Positions 19,901-27,274 of a stretch of DNA of 64,000 nt are shown piece by piece (position 1 is the stretch's first letter; every line of letters begins with the position of its first letter). The stretch covers positions 32,001 through 96,000 of IMG/VR virus record IMGVR_UViG_3300028887_000066, one strand, 5' to 3'. The notes under the pieces were generated by a model. That model saw nothing but the letters and a program-made list of their open reading frames with translations. It ran no database searches and was not told the origin of the DNA. Both the position numbers and the translations under genes were made by a program. The stretch is from a virus (taxonomy: Duplodnaviria; Heunggongvirae; Uroviricota; Caudoviricetes).

Positions 19901-20574
19901 TTCATTCTTTCAGTTAGTCTTACACCTTCTTCTAATTTTTTATTCTGATAAGCCAATTCTTTATTTATGGCCTGTGTCAATTTATGTTCTTCAGCTCGTA
20001 ATGTCTTGATTTCAAGCATTTTAGACATCCTATCTTCCTCTAAAGAATCTATAGTATGTCCTTCACCCTTGATTTCATCAATTATATCACGGATTTTTTC
20101 AAGTTCTTTTCTTTCACCCTCAAGTTTTTCCTTTTCAGCATCTAATTTTGCCGCCTTTTCATCAAGACGTGCTAACTCGTTTCTTGCTCTTTGTTCTGCA
20201 ATGTCATCACCATTCATTATGGCATCATTTAATGCCCTCTGAGCGTCTAGAATCTGATTTGATATATCGTTTCTTTCATTGTCTTTATCATACAATTCGT
20301 CATATTTATCAGATAATTTGTCGTATAAATCGTTTTCTTGCTGAAGAAACTCTAACCTCTTTGAAATTTGATCGTATTCTTTTTCGGCATCACTAATATC
20401 GGCATCCATATCAGCTTTTTCTTGGCTGAACATGGGTGTCGTACCTAAATCACCTACATAACCATGTATAGACGCTAATTTATCTACAGATTCACTGAAT
20501 GATGAAAATATTTTTCTTAATTCTTGTATATCGCTATTTTCAAGCACGAGATTACCATTACTATCTCTTTTCAT
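16954..20574 (-). CDS. tail tape measure protein
   Basis: 1206 aa with coiled coils, Gly/Ala-rich hydrophobic segments and a FKEGGVV..SDSNLALLSKNEYIV motif; lies downstream of the chaperone pair. Confidence 0.85.
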   Translation of the reverse strand: MKRDSNGNLVLENSDIQELRKIFSSFSESVDKLASIHGYVGDLGTTPMFSQEKADMDADISDAEKEYDQISKRLEFLQQENDLYDKLSDKYDELYDKDNERNDISNQILDAQRALNDAIMNGDDIAEQRARNELARLDEKAAKLDAEKEKLEGERKELEKIRDIIDEIKGEGHTIDSLEEDRMSKMLEIKTLRAEEHKLTQAINKELAYQNKKLEEGVRLTERMNHYLDQRVMNTARFTNGISEIKKGFTEILGIVKDINKPWGDLDQQAADYAKHIGLSQRQFERMRGDILRFATSNNIEGKYNVNAKELIQLQERYNATIGRRTDMTKDELETMAAMKTMVGDEAANQFATSLENFGLNPDEVGERVGEMFKEANKEGVSFEKYSKNFLNNIKLAQNYTFERGLHSLKEMAKRSTEIKLDMQQVARFADKVSTLEGAMKSGAQLSVLGGSFNQFSDPLRMLYYGLNDIQGLEKNLEGMFGNMAKFNKDTGQLEVSAFNRQRIRAAAEATGMDYTGLMESIFAQGRRKVIEPTVSGKGWSEEQKNAVLNLAQLDERGNAYVNLNGVKRDVSTLTQEDVNVLTKTSIKDSDNIKTITQTLLGYNEKMEAIQKARDDQMARLSEITGIGNFIKGTLGVIAGYAATLAVINFGVRSIQALLATGGMLNGGYNAMTSFGKKGAVQMSPNPAMPRGDAVGGRINVGGGSRGYAVNAANVAAARGGGQFRQFRAAYNASRYQGGSGRIGAFGNAMRASGMGMGVGMLASVGAGIGGDMLRSNASQHMDRGDFSGAVRNRYVGGSILEGAGMGAGMGMMFGPWGALAGAVIGGAIGGFKASSNFKDQKYRNEILNKSGGALALRGDYTNSELKSIANGGKAVIAGNNELARKIYEQEGLSLADIPPFKEGGVVNGIGTETSDSNLALLSKNEYIVPADKVKVPENFKILESMRDGGRLVPHFIEDDSAIVDIHNGNNTSQIFDSTSNTISNVSITNRNQHIDQTTKPTPRYKNGGLNRQNVNSNITSYFNRNVGGNYNIPSFRQSDVVNNITVTPRGNENNDQHVNGNLPAIPKFRDGGLNNPVAKPVITGQIPVNQRFMENPFIPSFRQSDVVNNITVTPRGNEMNITHVDQPFNAVGVNREDIGPSRVDISPINVTGTIKLDLGAYSKEIDAKKLLDNPLFIEKITNEVMKKFNVKTHMSYDKNSHYKKF
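17217..17479. repeat. exact 65-bp in-frame direct repeat inside the tape measure gene
   Basis: 17217-17281 is identical to 17415-17479 (offset 198 bp); encodes IPSFRQSDVVNNITVTPRGNE twice. Confidence 0.95.
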
Positions 20575-20593
20575 TTAGATGCTATAATTTTCC

Positions 20594-20601
20594 TATAAAT
20601 A
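20594..20601 (-). promoter_or_regulatory. putative late promoter TATTTATA
   Basis: About 20 nt before the tape measure ATG, just after a terminator hairpin at about 20611-20640. Confidence 0.6.
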
Positions 20602-20659
20602 GTCTCAAATAAAAAACCCGCTATCAATTAGCGGGCTTTATCTTGTCAATAAGACAATA

Positions 20660-20944
20660 CTATTGGTTAAACACACCATTTTCTGCCTTTTTCTGTTCCA
20701 ATGATGCATACCTGTTCAATGCCTCTCCACTCATTTCCGATGTCCTTCCGTTTCCTGAAGAATCATTGTCCCTAAGTCTTTGCTGTTCCAAGTTATGCCT
20801 TTGAATCCAAATTTTCCTTTCCCTTACAGGCATATTCATTACGGTTTCATATGGTATTTTAATGTAGTTTACACAACCCCATATTTCCTCCCAGAATGCT
20901 TCCTCGTAGTTATCAGGCAATATTGAGAAAAATAAATTGGTCAA
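20660..20944 (-). CDS. tail assembly chaperone, second reading frame (gp51 / gpT-like)
   Basis: YEEAFWEEIW..IPYETVMNMPVRERKIWI pattern; overlaps the end of the upstream chaperone; no ATG before the conserved-looking part. Confidence 0.65.
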   Translation of the reverse strand: MTNLFFSILPDNYEEAFWEEIWGCVNYIKIPYETVMNMPVRERKIWIQRHNLEQQRLRDNDSSGNGRTSEMSGEALNRYASLEQKKAENGVFNQ

Positions 20945-22391
20945 GTGTGAGAAACATGGTAAGCGAGCCTCCTCCGATACTCGCAGGTTTCTCTACAGTA
21001 ACATTAAAGTCGATTCCAGGCTCATTTTCCGTAATGTACTTCCTTAATGCGGAAGAATCCTTTACGTTCATGAACATTACATACTCATCAATATATTTTC
21101 TGTCAGTAACATTATTAACAGATACGATAGAAGCTGATAGTTTGTTTGTAACGGAATGGCTAAACAATGCATCATCATCCGCATTTAACGATTCGGCATA
21201 TTCATTTATGGCTTTCGTGGCTTCAGTAAGCTTCACCCTCAACGCCCTGTCTGTCGTGTCATCGTTTTCAATAAATGACTTCAAATCCTCGTTAATATCG
21301 TTAAGCTTTGTCTTCTTGAGCTTTATATTCTCCTGCTCATCCAATTTTTCAAGTGCCTTGTTATCCTTATAGGAAAGGAATTTGAACTTAATTTTATCCT
21401 TGGAGAATGGCAATGTAAAACTGAAATGTCCGTTTGCATCGCCCTTCAGTTTGAATTTCTTGAATTTTATCTTCGTAAGATCAACTACGGTCTCAAATCT
21501 TTGCCCTGTCTCATTGTCAACGGCAGAAACAGGGTATTCAGGCCCATATCCGCTTGCACGCAACCAAAGTATGATAGCATCCCTGTCGCCTGGCAACAAA
21601 TCATCAGAATTGATAGCGTCTGTCATTATCTTCGTCTTCAACATATAATCCAAAAATGTACCGTCTTTGTAAAGGTTTGGTGATACAATCAAATTCTCAT
21701 CATAGGCTGTAAGATAAGCTACTGGTATCTTTGACATTTTGTTCTTATATGCTTCTCCCTTTGACGGCAATGGAATTACATCGTATTTGATATTATTGCC
21801 CTTTGCTTTCGTGACATCTATCTGTATAGTTGAATAATCTGTCTCTTTTTCGTCGTTTTCAGGCTCTTCAGGCTCATTTTCATCATTGGATGTGGAATTC
21901 TCCTCATCGGGTACTATTTGAGGCTCACTGCCATCGAAAACAGGAAAACCATCATCAGGAATTGACGGATTCTCTACTTCTGTCTTAGGCTCACCCTCCA
22001 ATTCTTCTTCCGTGATACCTTTTTGTTCAAGAATCTCTTGTCGTCTCAGTTCCTTTTTCAATATCTCCTCAAGTAACTTTTTCCTATCCGCACTTCCCTT
22101 TTTCCGTTTATTCTTGATACTCTCCTTCAATTCTTCTTCAGTACCACCAAGGAGAAGATATTTCTTCACAATGTCGCCTTCCATATTTTCAATAAGCCTC
22201 ATTGTGTCTACAAGACTTTTATCCGAATACTTTCTCTTTCCGTTTTTGTCAACGGCGGTCTTCCTTACTTTCTCCGTTTCTTGTTTTGTTTGTTCATACA
22301 TGGCATAAGAGGCTCTGAGCAACGCCTTTTCGCTTTCGGCTTCCTCAGGACTTAATCCAAGATTATTAACATTAGTGCTGTTTTTAGCCAT
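20913..22391 (-). CDS. baseplate hub / tail assembly chaperone, T4 gp26-like, with acidic N-terminal extension
   Basis: YDVIPLPSKG..LTAYDENL..LLPGDRDAIILWLRASGYG..FTLPFSKDKIKFKFL..DSSALRKYI..EPGIDF. Confidence 0.75.
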   Translation of the reverse strand: MAKNSTNVNNLGLSPEEAESEKALLRASYAMYEQTKQETEKVRKTAVDKNGKRKYSDKSLVDTMRLIENMEGDIVKKYLLLGGTEEELKESIKNKRKKGSADRKKLLEEILKKELRRQEILEQKGITEEELEGEPKTEVENPSIPDDGFPVFDGSEPQIVPDEENSTSNDENEPEEPENDEKETDYSTIQIDVTKAKGNNIKYDVIPLPSKGEAYKNKMSKIPVAYLTAYDENLIVSPNLYKDGTFLDYMLKTKIMTDAINSDDLLPGDRDAIILWLRASGYGPEYPVSAVDNETGQRFETVVDLTKIKFKKFKLKGDANGHFSFTLPFSKDKIKFKFLSYKDNKALEKLDEQENIKLKKTKLNDINEDLKSFIENDDTTDRALRVKLTEATKAINEYAESLNADDDALFSHSVTNKLSASIVSVNNVTDRKYIDEYVMFMNVKDSSALRKYITENEPGIDFNVTVEKPASIGGGSLTMFLTLDQFIFLNIA

Positions 22392-22408
22392 ATTCCAATA
22401 TTTTTATT

Positions 22409-22939
22409 TTACAAACTTATTCTTTCTATCAATGTGGCAAAATAGAACGGTGCATTCTCCACCTTGTACATACCGAACATCTTGCATCCGTGTATCATGT
22501 ATTTTATATTGTCCATTACAAGGTACATATCCCTCTTCGGTAAATGTTTTATCTTTGTCCTATTGTCTATCTCTTTATCGTTTAGGAGTTTATTGCTGTC
22601 ATCAAGCCAAAATTTCAATTCAGACTCACAATCTGAATCTATCGTGTTCGGATTGATGTTTATCCTCATTATGGACATCTTTCCGCTTTCCACAATATTA
22701 TCAATCCATTCACCACTAATATCATTTCCGTCGGAATCTGTGATAAAACATTCGCATTCACTTACCTTAATATTCTGCCTTACATCATGAGCAACGTAGT
22801 TATCATCATAGCTTCTGCGTGAATACATATTGGAAATGACGGTATCATTTCCCTTTTCATACATTTCCTCCTCATCATTCGAGCCAAAACGTCCTATGAT
22901 ATTCCTTTCAAAGTTTTCATCATATTTCAGTTCTCCCAT
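22409..22939 (-). CDS. hypothetical protein
   Basis: ORF in the co-oriented cluster; start could be 22939 or 22972. Confidence 0.65.
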   Translation of the reverse strand: MGELKYDENFERNIIGRFGSNDEEEMYEKGNDTVISNMYSRRSYDDNYVAHDVRQNIKVSECECFITDSDGNDISGEWIDNIVESGKMSIMRININPNTIDSDCESELKFWLDDSNKLLNDKEIDNRTKIKHLPKRDMYLVMDNIKYMIHGCKMFGMYKVENAPFYFATLIERISL

Positions 22940-22977
22940 ATCGATAATGGGAATAAGTATCTTACATAACATCTCTA

Positions 22978-23526
22978 TTAATGCCTTTGTTTTTTCTTAT
23001 CTTTCTTTTCCTTGTCTTCCCTTGCCCGTCCTAACTTTTCCTTTAACATCTTCATCACCGATTCAGGATGACCATTTATGTCATGTTCCCAAATCCTTAT
23101 CAATGGTATCCCGTTCATCAGACACCATCTTGTTTTTTCTTTATCTACCCTGTGATTCCGTTTTTGGGTCGGGTTCATTTCCTCATAAATAAGCCCGTAT
23201 GCGTGCCAATAGTCACCATCGATTTCAAGGGCAAGATTCTCATTCGGACAATAAAAATCAAGGTATCGTCCTATAGATGCCATTCTGAACTGATAAATGT
23301 ACTCCACACCAAGTTTGTCAAGAAAATTCTTTGCAAATCTCACCTCAAGTTCGGATGTGCCGTATTCTGGATGCTCCTTATCCTTCTTCTGCTGAACCAC
23401 GGTGCTTTTCCTAACCTTCAATAAACGGTCATCTTTCACCCTATTAGGGTTAACGGGATTGTTTTTGTTTACTTTTTTAGGTTTTTTCTTGTGTTCCTTT
23501 ACTCCTTTTCTTATCGGTTGTGCCAT
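22978..23526 (-). CDS. Vsr/DUF559-like PD-(D/E)xK endonuclease
   Basis: TSELE..YQF..LDFYC..LEIDGDYWH..D..K..GIPLIRIWEHDI; basic N-terminus. Confidence 0.85.
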   Translation of the reverse strand: MAQPIRKGVKEHKKKPKKVNKNNPVNPNRVKDDRLLKVRKSTVVQQKKDKEHPEYGTSELEVRFAKNFLDKLGVEYIYQFRMASIGRYLDFYCPNENLALEIDGDYWHAYGLIYEEMNPTQKRNHRVDKEKTRWCLMNGIPLIRIWEHDINGHPESVMKMLKEKLGRAREDKEKKDKKKQRH

Positions 23527-23674
23527 AGAATAACCTGTCCATTGCTTCTTCCTCTTCTGAGGCTTTCCTTATTATTTCGTCCCTTTCATTGATCAATGAT
23601 TGGTATCCTGCACATTTTTCATCCATTGTTGAAAGCACATTTTCCACCAAATTCAACTGTTCTGCCCTATTCAT
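23477..23674 (-). CDS. small hypothetical protein
   Basis: 65-aa helical ORF directly downstream of the structured RNA; overlaps the nuclease start. Confidence 0.5.
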   Translation of the reverse strand: MNRAEQLNLVENVLSTMDEKCAGYQSLINERDEIIRKASEEEEAMDRLFYGTTDKKRSKGTQEKT

Positions 23675-23700
23675 AGTTATATTTTACTGTTATTAAAATT

Positions 23701-23815
23701 TAGGCAATTACGTACTTTTTGACCCCAAAAGGTCTAAAGATTTACCGTGTTGACGTTTCATAGGGAGGCTCAATGCCTTTACCCTCACCGTCCTTGCGCC
23801 CACTTGCCTATGGGC
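23701..23815 (-). ncRNA. structured RNA with pseudoknot and kink-turn, resembling an IS200/IS605/IS607 TnpB omega-RNA (orphan)
   Basis: GC-rich island in an AT-rich gap. Hairpin GCCCA/TGGGC whose loop TAGGCAA is complementary to the terminal TTGCCTA; GACG/CGTC and GGG/CCC stems joined by a K-turn pattern; AGGC/GCCT and GACC/GGTC hairpins. Confidence 0.65.
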
Positions 23816-23872
23816 TGTTATTTTTCTTACATTTTGTAACTATAGGTCTAATAGTATATAGTTATTAAAAAT

Positions 23873-24211
23873 TTATTTCATATATTTAGTAAAGAACGGA
23901 TTGTCTTTCATTGTTTCTATTAGCATTTCCTCATCCTTGCAATATTGCTCGAATAATATTGCATCGGACGGTGATAGCCTGAACCACTCTCCTATTCCGC
24001 GTTTCTGTGCAAACCTGTTATGCAGTTTTCTTTCAATGAAAAACGGGTATTTGGTATAGTATTTTTTGTACAGGTATATTTCACCGCAGTTTCCCGTCTG
24101 TAGTTTTTTTATCCTTTCAGACACGTCACCACGTGTAACACCTATCTTATACATTCCGTCATTCAGAAAATCCTTCAGCAGATATACGAAACCGCCAACT
24201 TTTGACTTCAT
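23873..24211 (-). CDS. GIY-YIG nuclease, T5orf172/MUG113 family
   Basis: GFVYLL..YKIGVT..RIKKLQTGN..IERKLHNRF..GEWF; likely start MKSKV at 24211. Confidence 0.88.
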   Translation of the reverse strand: MKSKVGGFVYLLKDFLNDGMYKIGVTRGDVSERIKKLQTGNCGEIYLYKKYYTKYPFFIERKLHNRFAQKRGIGEWFRLSPSDAILFEQYCKDEEMLIETMKDNPFFTKYMK

Positions 24212-24334
24212 AGCACTATTTATATAAAGAATAGGTGAATTTCTTTTATAGTAAATAAAAAGAAGTTGACTTTTCATGTATTTATATCTATATTACAATA
24301 AAAAGACGATAAAACAAATTCAATTCAATAGGAT

Positions 24335-24733
24335 ATGAAGAAGGATTTTACAAGTGATTTCCATGAGATTACGGAAATGACAAACAAGATACGCTCGATA
24401 AATGAGACTATAGCATTCGGAGATTCATACTGTGAGGAAGATGATAAATTCGCCGCAGACAATGCCCAATTTGAAATGGGTGATGACGAAGAGACCGCAG
24501 GGCAAGCAGACCTCGCAAAGATGCAGCAGCCTGAGGAAGAGAAAACTGATGAGGAAAAGGCAATGGAAACAGAAGGTGGTGCAAATGCCGTCAATCAAAT
24601 CCGTGAAATTGCATTGAAAGGCATGATTGCTCTCTGCAATACTCCAGAAGAACCTTTATATCAAGTCCTCAAGAAGGTTTTCACTATGATAGACAAGGCC
24701 GTTGACAAGAGCGACGAAGAACAGCCTAAGTAA
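24335..24733 (+). CDS. acidic hypothetical protein
   Basis: 132 aa; TATTTATA at 24279-24286; followed by a hairpin at about 24760-24793. Confidence 0.7.
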   Translation: MKKDFTSDFHEITEMTNKIRSINETIAFGDSYCEEDDKFAADNAQFEMGDDEETAGQADLAKMQQPEEEKTDEEKAMETEGGANAVNQIREIALKGMIALCNTPEEPLYQVLKKVFTMIDKAVDKSDEEQPK

Positions 24734-24774
24734 TAGAATATATATGCAAATAAACTAAAAAATGGCACTCATGT

Positions 24775-26445
24775 TCATTCACGAGTGCCATTCTTGTATA
24801 CATATCTCAATAACCCACAGTCCCATATCTTACAATATCCCAATTTATCCGCCATCTGTGCCTCGGTCATTGACATAGGAAGCCCGTATCTGAAATTAAG
24901 ACCCTTTTTCCTGAAATTGAATTTATGTACTCTCTTAATTGGATTGTTCCTGTTTATGTATTTGTAGTCAGGTTTCAGCACACCATCCAATACAAACCCT
25001 AACTTGGTGTATATATTGTTTTCTTCATCCATCGTCCACCTTCTATCAGCAAACGACTTTACAATAAGCGGGCTTTTCTCCCTTAAAAAGTGCTTGAACA
25101 GTTTTCCACCCACACCACAGCATACGTACCTGTAGTCTGTTGCGAACCTGACCAATTCCCACTCCTCTTTTCTTTGGATGAAGCTCATAACACCTATCAG
25201 TTCATCATTGAAGTACGCCCCGTATGACACAGTACCCTTTCCATATCCCTGTATGTGGTATCTCTCAAGAAACTCCTGTGCTACCCATTTTTCTATTTCC
25301 CTTACTACGCACTTTCTTGCATATATTTTATCTTTAACTCCGTCTTTTCCTATAATATGAAGTATCTTATTGAACACGAGGTCTTTATCCTTATTGAATT
25401 CATCCTCGAATATATGAATTATCCTTACACCCTTCTTCAAAGCATCTTCAGTCTTCTCCAAGTGATATACCGAATCTTTTCCGAATTCCTCTGAATGCCA
25501 TTTCAGACCATTATACTCAATGCCTATCCTTAGTGACTTGATATATATGTCAATCTCCCTTCCATCCAATATTTCCCTGTCTCTCTTGACCACATCATCC
25601 TCTCCAAGATGCCATGTAAGAAAGTCATAGATTTCATTTTCGGCATTAGATAACACAACGGCACAATGCGGGCAACCATGTCCGTTCAATTGATCATATG
25701 GTCTCTGATAAAATACACCGTGTTTCGGACACACGATTTTCATTGGTTGCTTGAAATCTATGTAGTCCTCTTTATTATAAATGTATTTATCTCCTTGTGT
25801 TTTTTTAACCCTCTCAATAAATTCCTCAAATGTAACTTTATGTTTTTCACATCTTTTAATTATTCCACATTTAGGGCATCCTTGTTTCTTTGATAGGTGT
25901 TTACTTGGTGTCATCCAAAATTCACCGTGTATCGGACAAATGATACATACTTTTTCATGCATTTTATGGAATACAACTTTAGAATAGTCATACTTGTCAC
26001 CGTGTACTCTCTTGAACTCCTCTATTAAACTATCGGTTGTCCTATATTTTCCTTTACATTTAGGACATCCTTGTTTTTGACAATTAACATGGGCTGATGG
26101 TGTCATCCAAAATTCACCATGTTCAGGACAGATGATACACACCTTAGTCATTTGATTTACGTATTCTACTTTAGAATAGTCATATTTATCTCCGTGTATC
26201 TTTCGTGCCTTCTCAATAAACTGTTCAAGGGTGTCTCTTAACCCCCTTTTTAAATTTGCGCATTTTGGGCAGTTATAACCTCTTACATGTGCGGCAGGCT
26301 CTTGCCAAAACTCACCATGTTCAGGACATATTATTCTCATTTTAACCGATGATTTTACATATGTATTTTCATCATATCGGTATTTATCTCCATGTACCTT
26401 TCTTGCTTTTTCTAAAAAAGCTTCAAAACCCGTCTTTTTTGTCAT
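24775..26445 (-). CDS. Hef-like free-standing homing endonuclease: 4 Zn-ribbon (DUF723-like) repeats + Vsr-like nuclease + Mom-like GNAT domain
   Basis: Four HGDKY..ICP.HG.F..P..H..CP.C repeats; EIDIYI..GIEYNGLKWH..IHIFEDE; then YARKC..HIQG..ELVRFA..GGKLF..SFADRRW..Y.KLGF. Confidence 0.8.
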   Translation of the reverse strand: MTKKTGFEAFLEKARKVHGDKYRYDENTYVKSSVKMRIICPEHGEFWQEPAAHVRGYNCPKCANLKRGLRDTLEQFIEKARKIHGDKYDYSKVEYVNQMTKVCIICPEHGEFWMTPSAHVNCQKQGCPKCKGKYRTTDSLIEEFKRVHGDKYDYSKVVFHKMHEKVCIICPIHGEFWMTPSKHLSKKQGCPKCGIIKRCEKHKVTFEEFIERVKKTQGDKYIYNKEDYIDFKQPMKIVCPKHGVFYQRPYDQLNGHGCPHCAVVLSNAENEIYDFLTWHLGEDDVVKRDREILDGREIDIYIKSLRIGIEYNGLKWHSEEFGKDSVYHLEKTEDALKKGVRIIHIFEDEFNKDKDLVFNKILHIIGKDGVKDKIYARKCVVREIEKWVAQEFLERYHIQGYGKGTVSYGAYFNDELIGVMSFIQRKEEWELVRFATDYRYVCCGVGGKLFKHFLREKSPLIVKSFADRRWTMDEENNIYTKLGFVLDGVLKPDYKYINRNNPIKRVHKFNFRKKGLNFRYGLPMSMTEAQMADKLGYCKIWDCGLLRYVYKNGTRE

Positions 26446-26588
26446 TGTTTGAACTATTTTTAATCATTCCATAGTAAATATACAAAAAATTATTATTTTG
26501 GTAAGAAAAAAGACAAATACTTCTATTTATTATTAAGATTAAAGAAAAATCTGAGTAAAAATAATTAAATAAATAAAAATGTTACGCG

Positions 26589-27077
26589 ATGAGTGACCTT
26601 TTAATGAATATGCCGTTAAAGTTCGAACCGCTGAGAAAGAACCGATGGGTCGTGCGTTTTCCAAGCGACCTTGGTATCTCTGAGTGGATGCTTAAATCGG
26701 CAGCAAGACCAAAAATCAATCAGAACGAAAAGGAAATACAGTTCCTTAACACATCAACTTGGGTTGTTGGAAGATATACTTGGGATGCCATTAACCTTAC
26801 CTTCCGTGATCCGATAGCTCCGTCTGCTTCACAAGCTCTTATGGAGTGGATCCGTCTCGCATCCGAATCAGTTACTGGCCGTCAGGGCTATGCAGCTGGA
26901 TATAAGCGCGACCTTGAGCTTGAAATGCTCGACCCAGCAGGTGTGTGTATGCAGAAATGGGTGATGAAAAACTGCTTCATTACGTCATGTGACTTTGGTT
27001 CACTAGACTATGCCGACGATGAATTGGCAGACATCACGGCAACTGTTCGTATGGACTACGCAATTCTCGCATACTAA
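26589..27077 (+). CDS. tail tube protein (T4 gp19-like)
   Basis: EPLRKNRW..ARPKI..GRYTWDAINLTFRDPI..YKRDLELEMLDP..KW..CFIT..FGSLDY..DYAIL. Confidence 0.9.
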   Translation: MSDLLMNMPLKFEPLRKNRWVVRFPSDLGISEWMLKSAARPKINQNEKEIQFLNTSTWVVGRYTWDAINLTFRDPIAPSASQALMEWIRLASESVTGRQGYAAGYKRDLELEMLDPAGVCMQKWVMKNCFITSCDFGSLDYADDELADITATVRMDYAILAY

Positions 27078-27102
27078 CAGACAACAGAAAACTCAAAAAA
27101 TT

Positions 27103-27240
27103 AATAGGGTGTTATTTGGCAGCAAAAACCAATAACACCCTATTTTTCTTATTTAAAATAAATGACACTATTTTTTATATGACTAACCGAAAAATTTGTA
27201 TACAAACAAAAAATGGATGCTGAAAATAGCATCCATTTTC
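27103..27240. terminator. pair of intrinsic terminators between the convergent tube and sheath genes
   Basis: AATAGGGTGTTATT/AATAACACCCTATT at about 27103-27145 and AAATGGATGCT/AGCATCCATTT at about 27211-27240. Confidence 0.8.
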
Positions 27241-27274
27241 TTTATGTAATATTTTAATAAATATCTATAATTTA

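Noticed and set aside
23740-23795. Hammerhead ribozyme suggested by GAAAC/GTC
   Set aside because: The CUGANGA core is missing and the stems fit a K-turn arm better.
25660-26430. Nucleotide repeats as a CRISPR array or second TR/VR pair
   Set aside because: They are degenerate codings of the Zn-ribbon protein repeats, with no spacers and no adenine-restricted differences.
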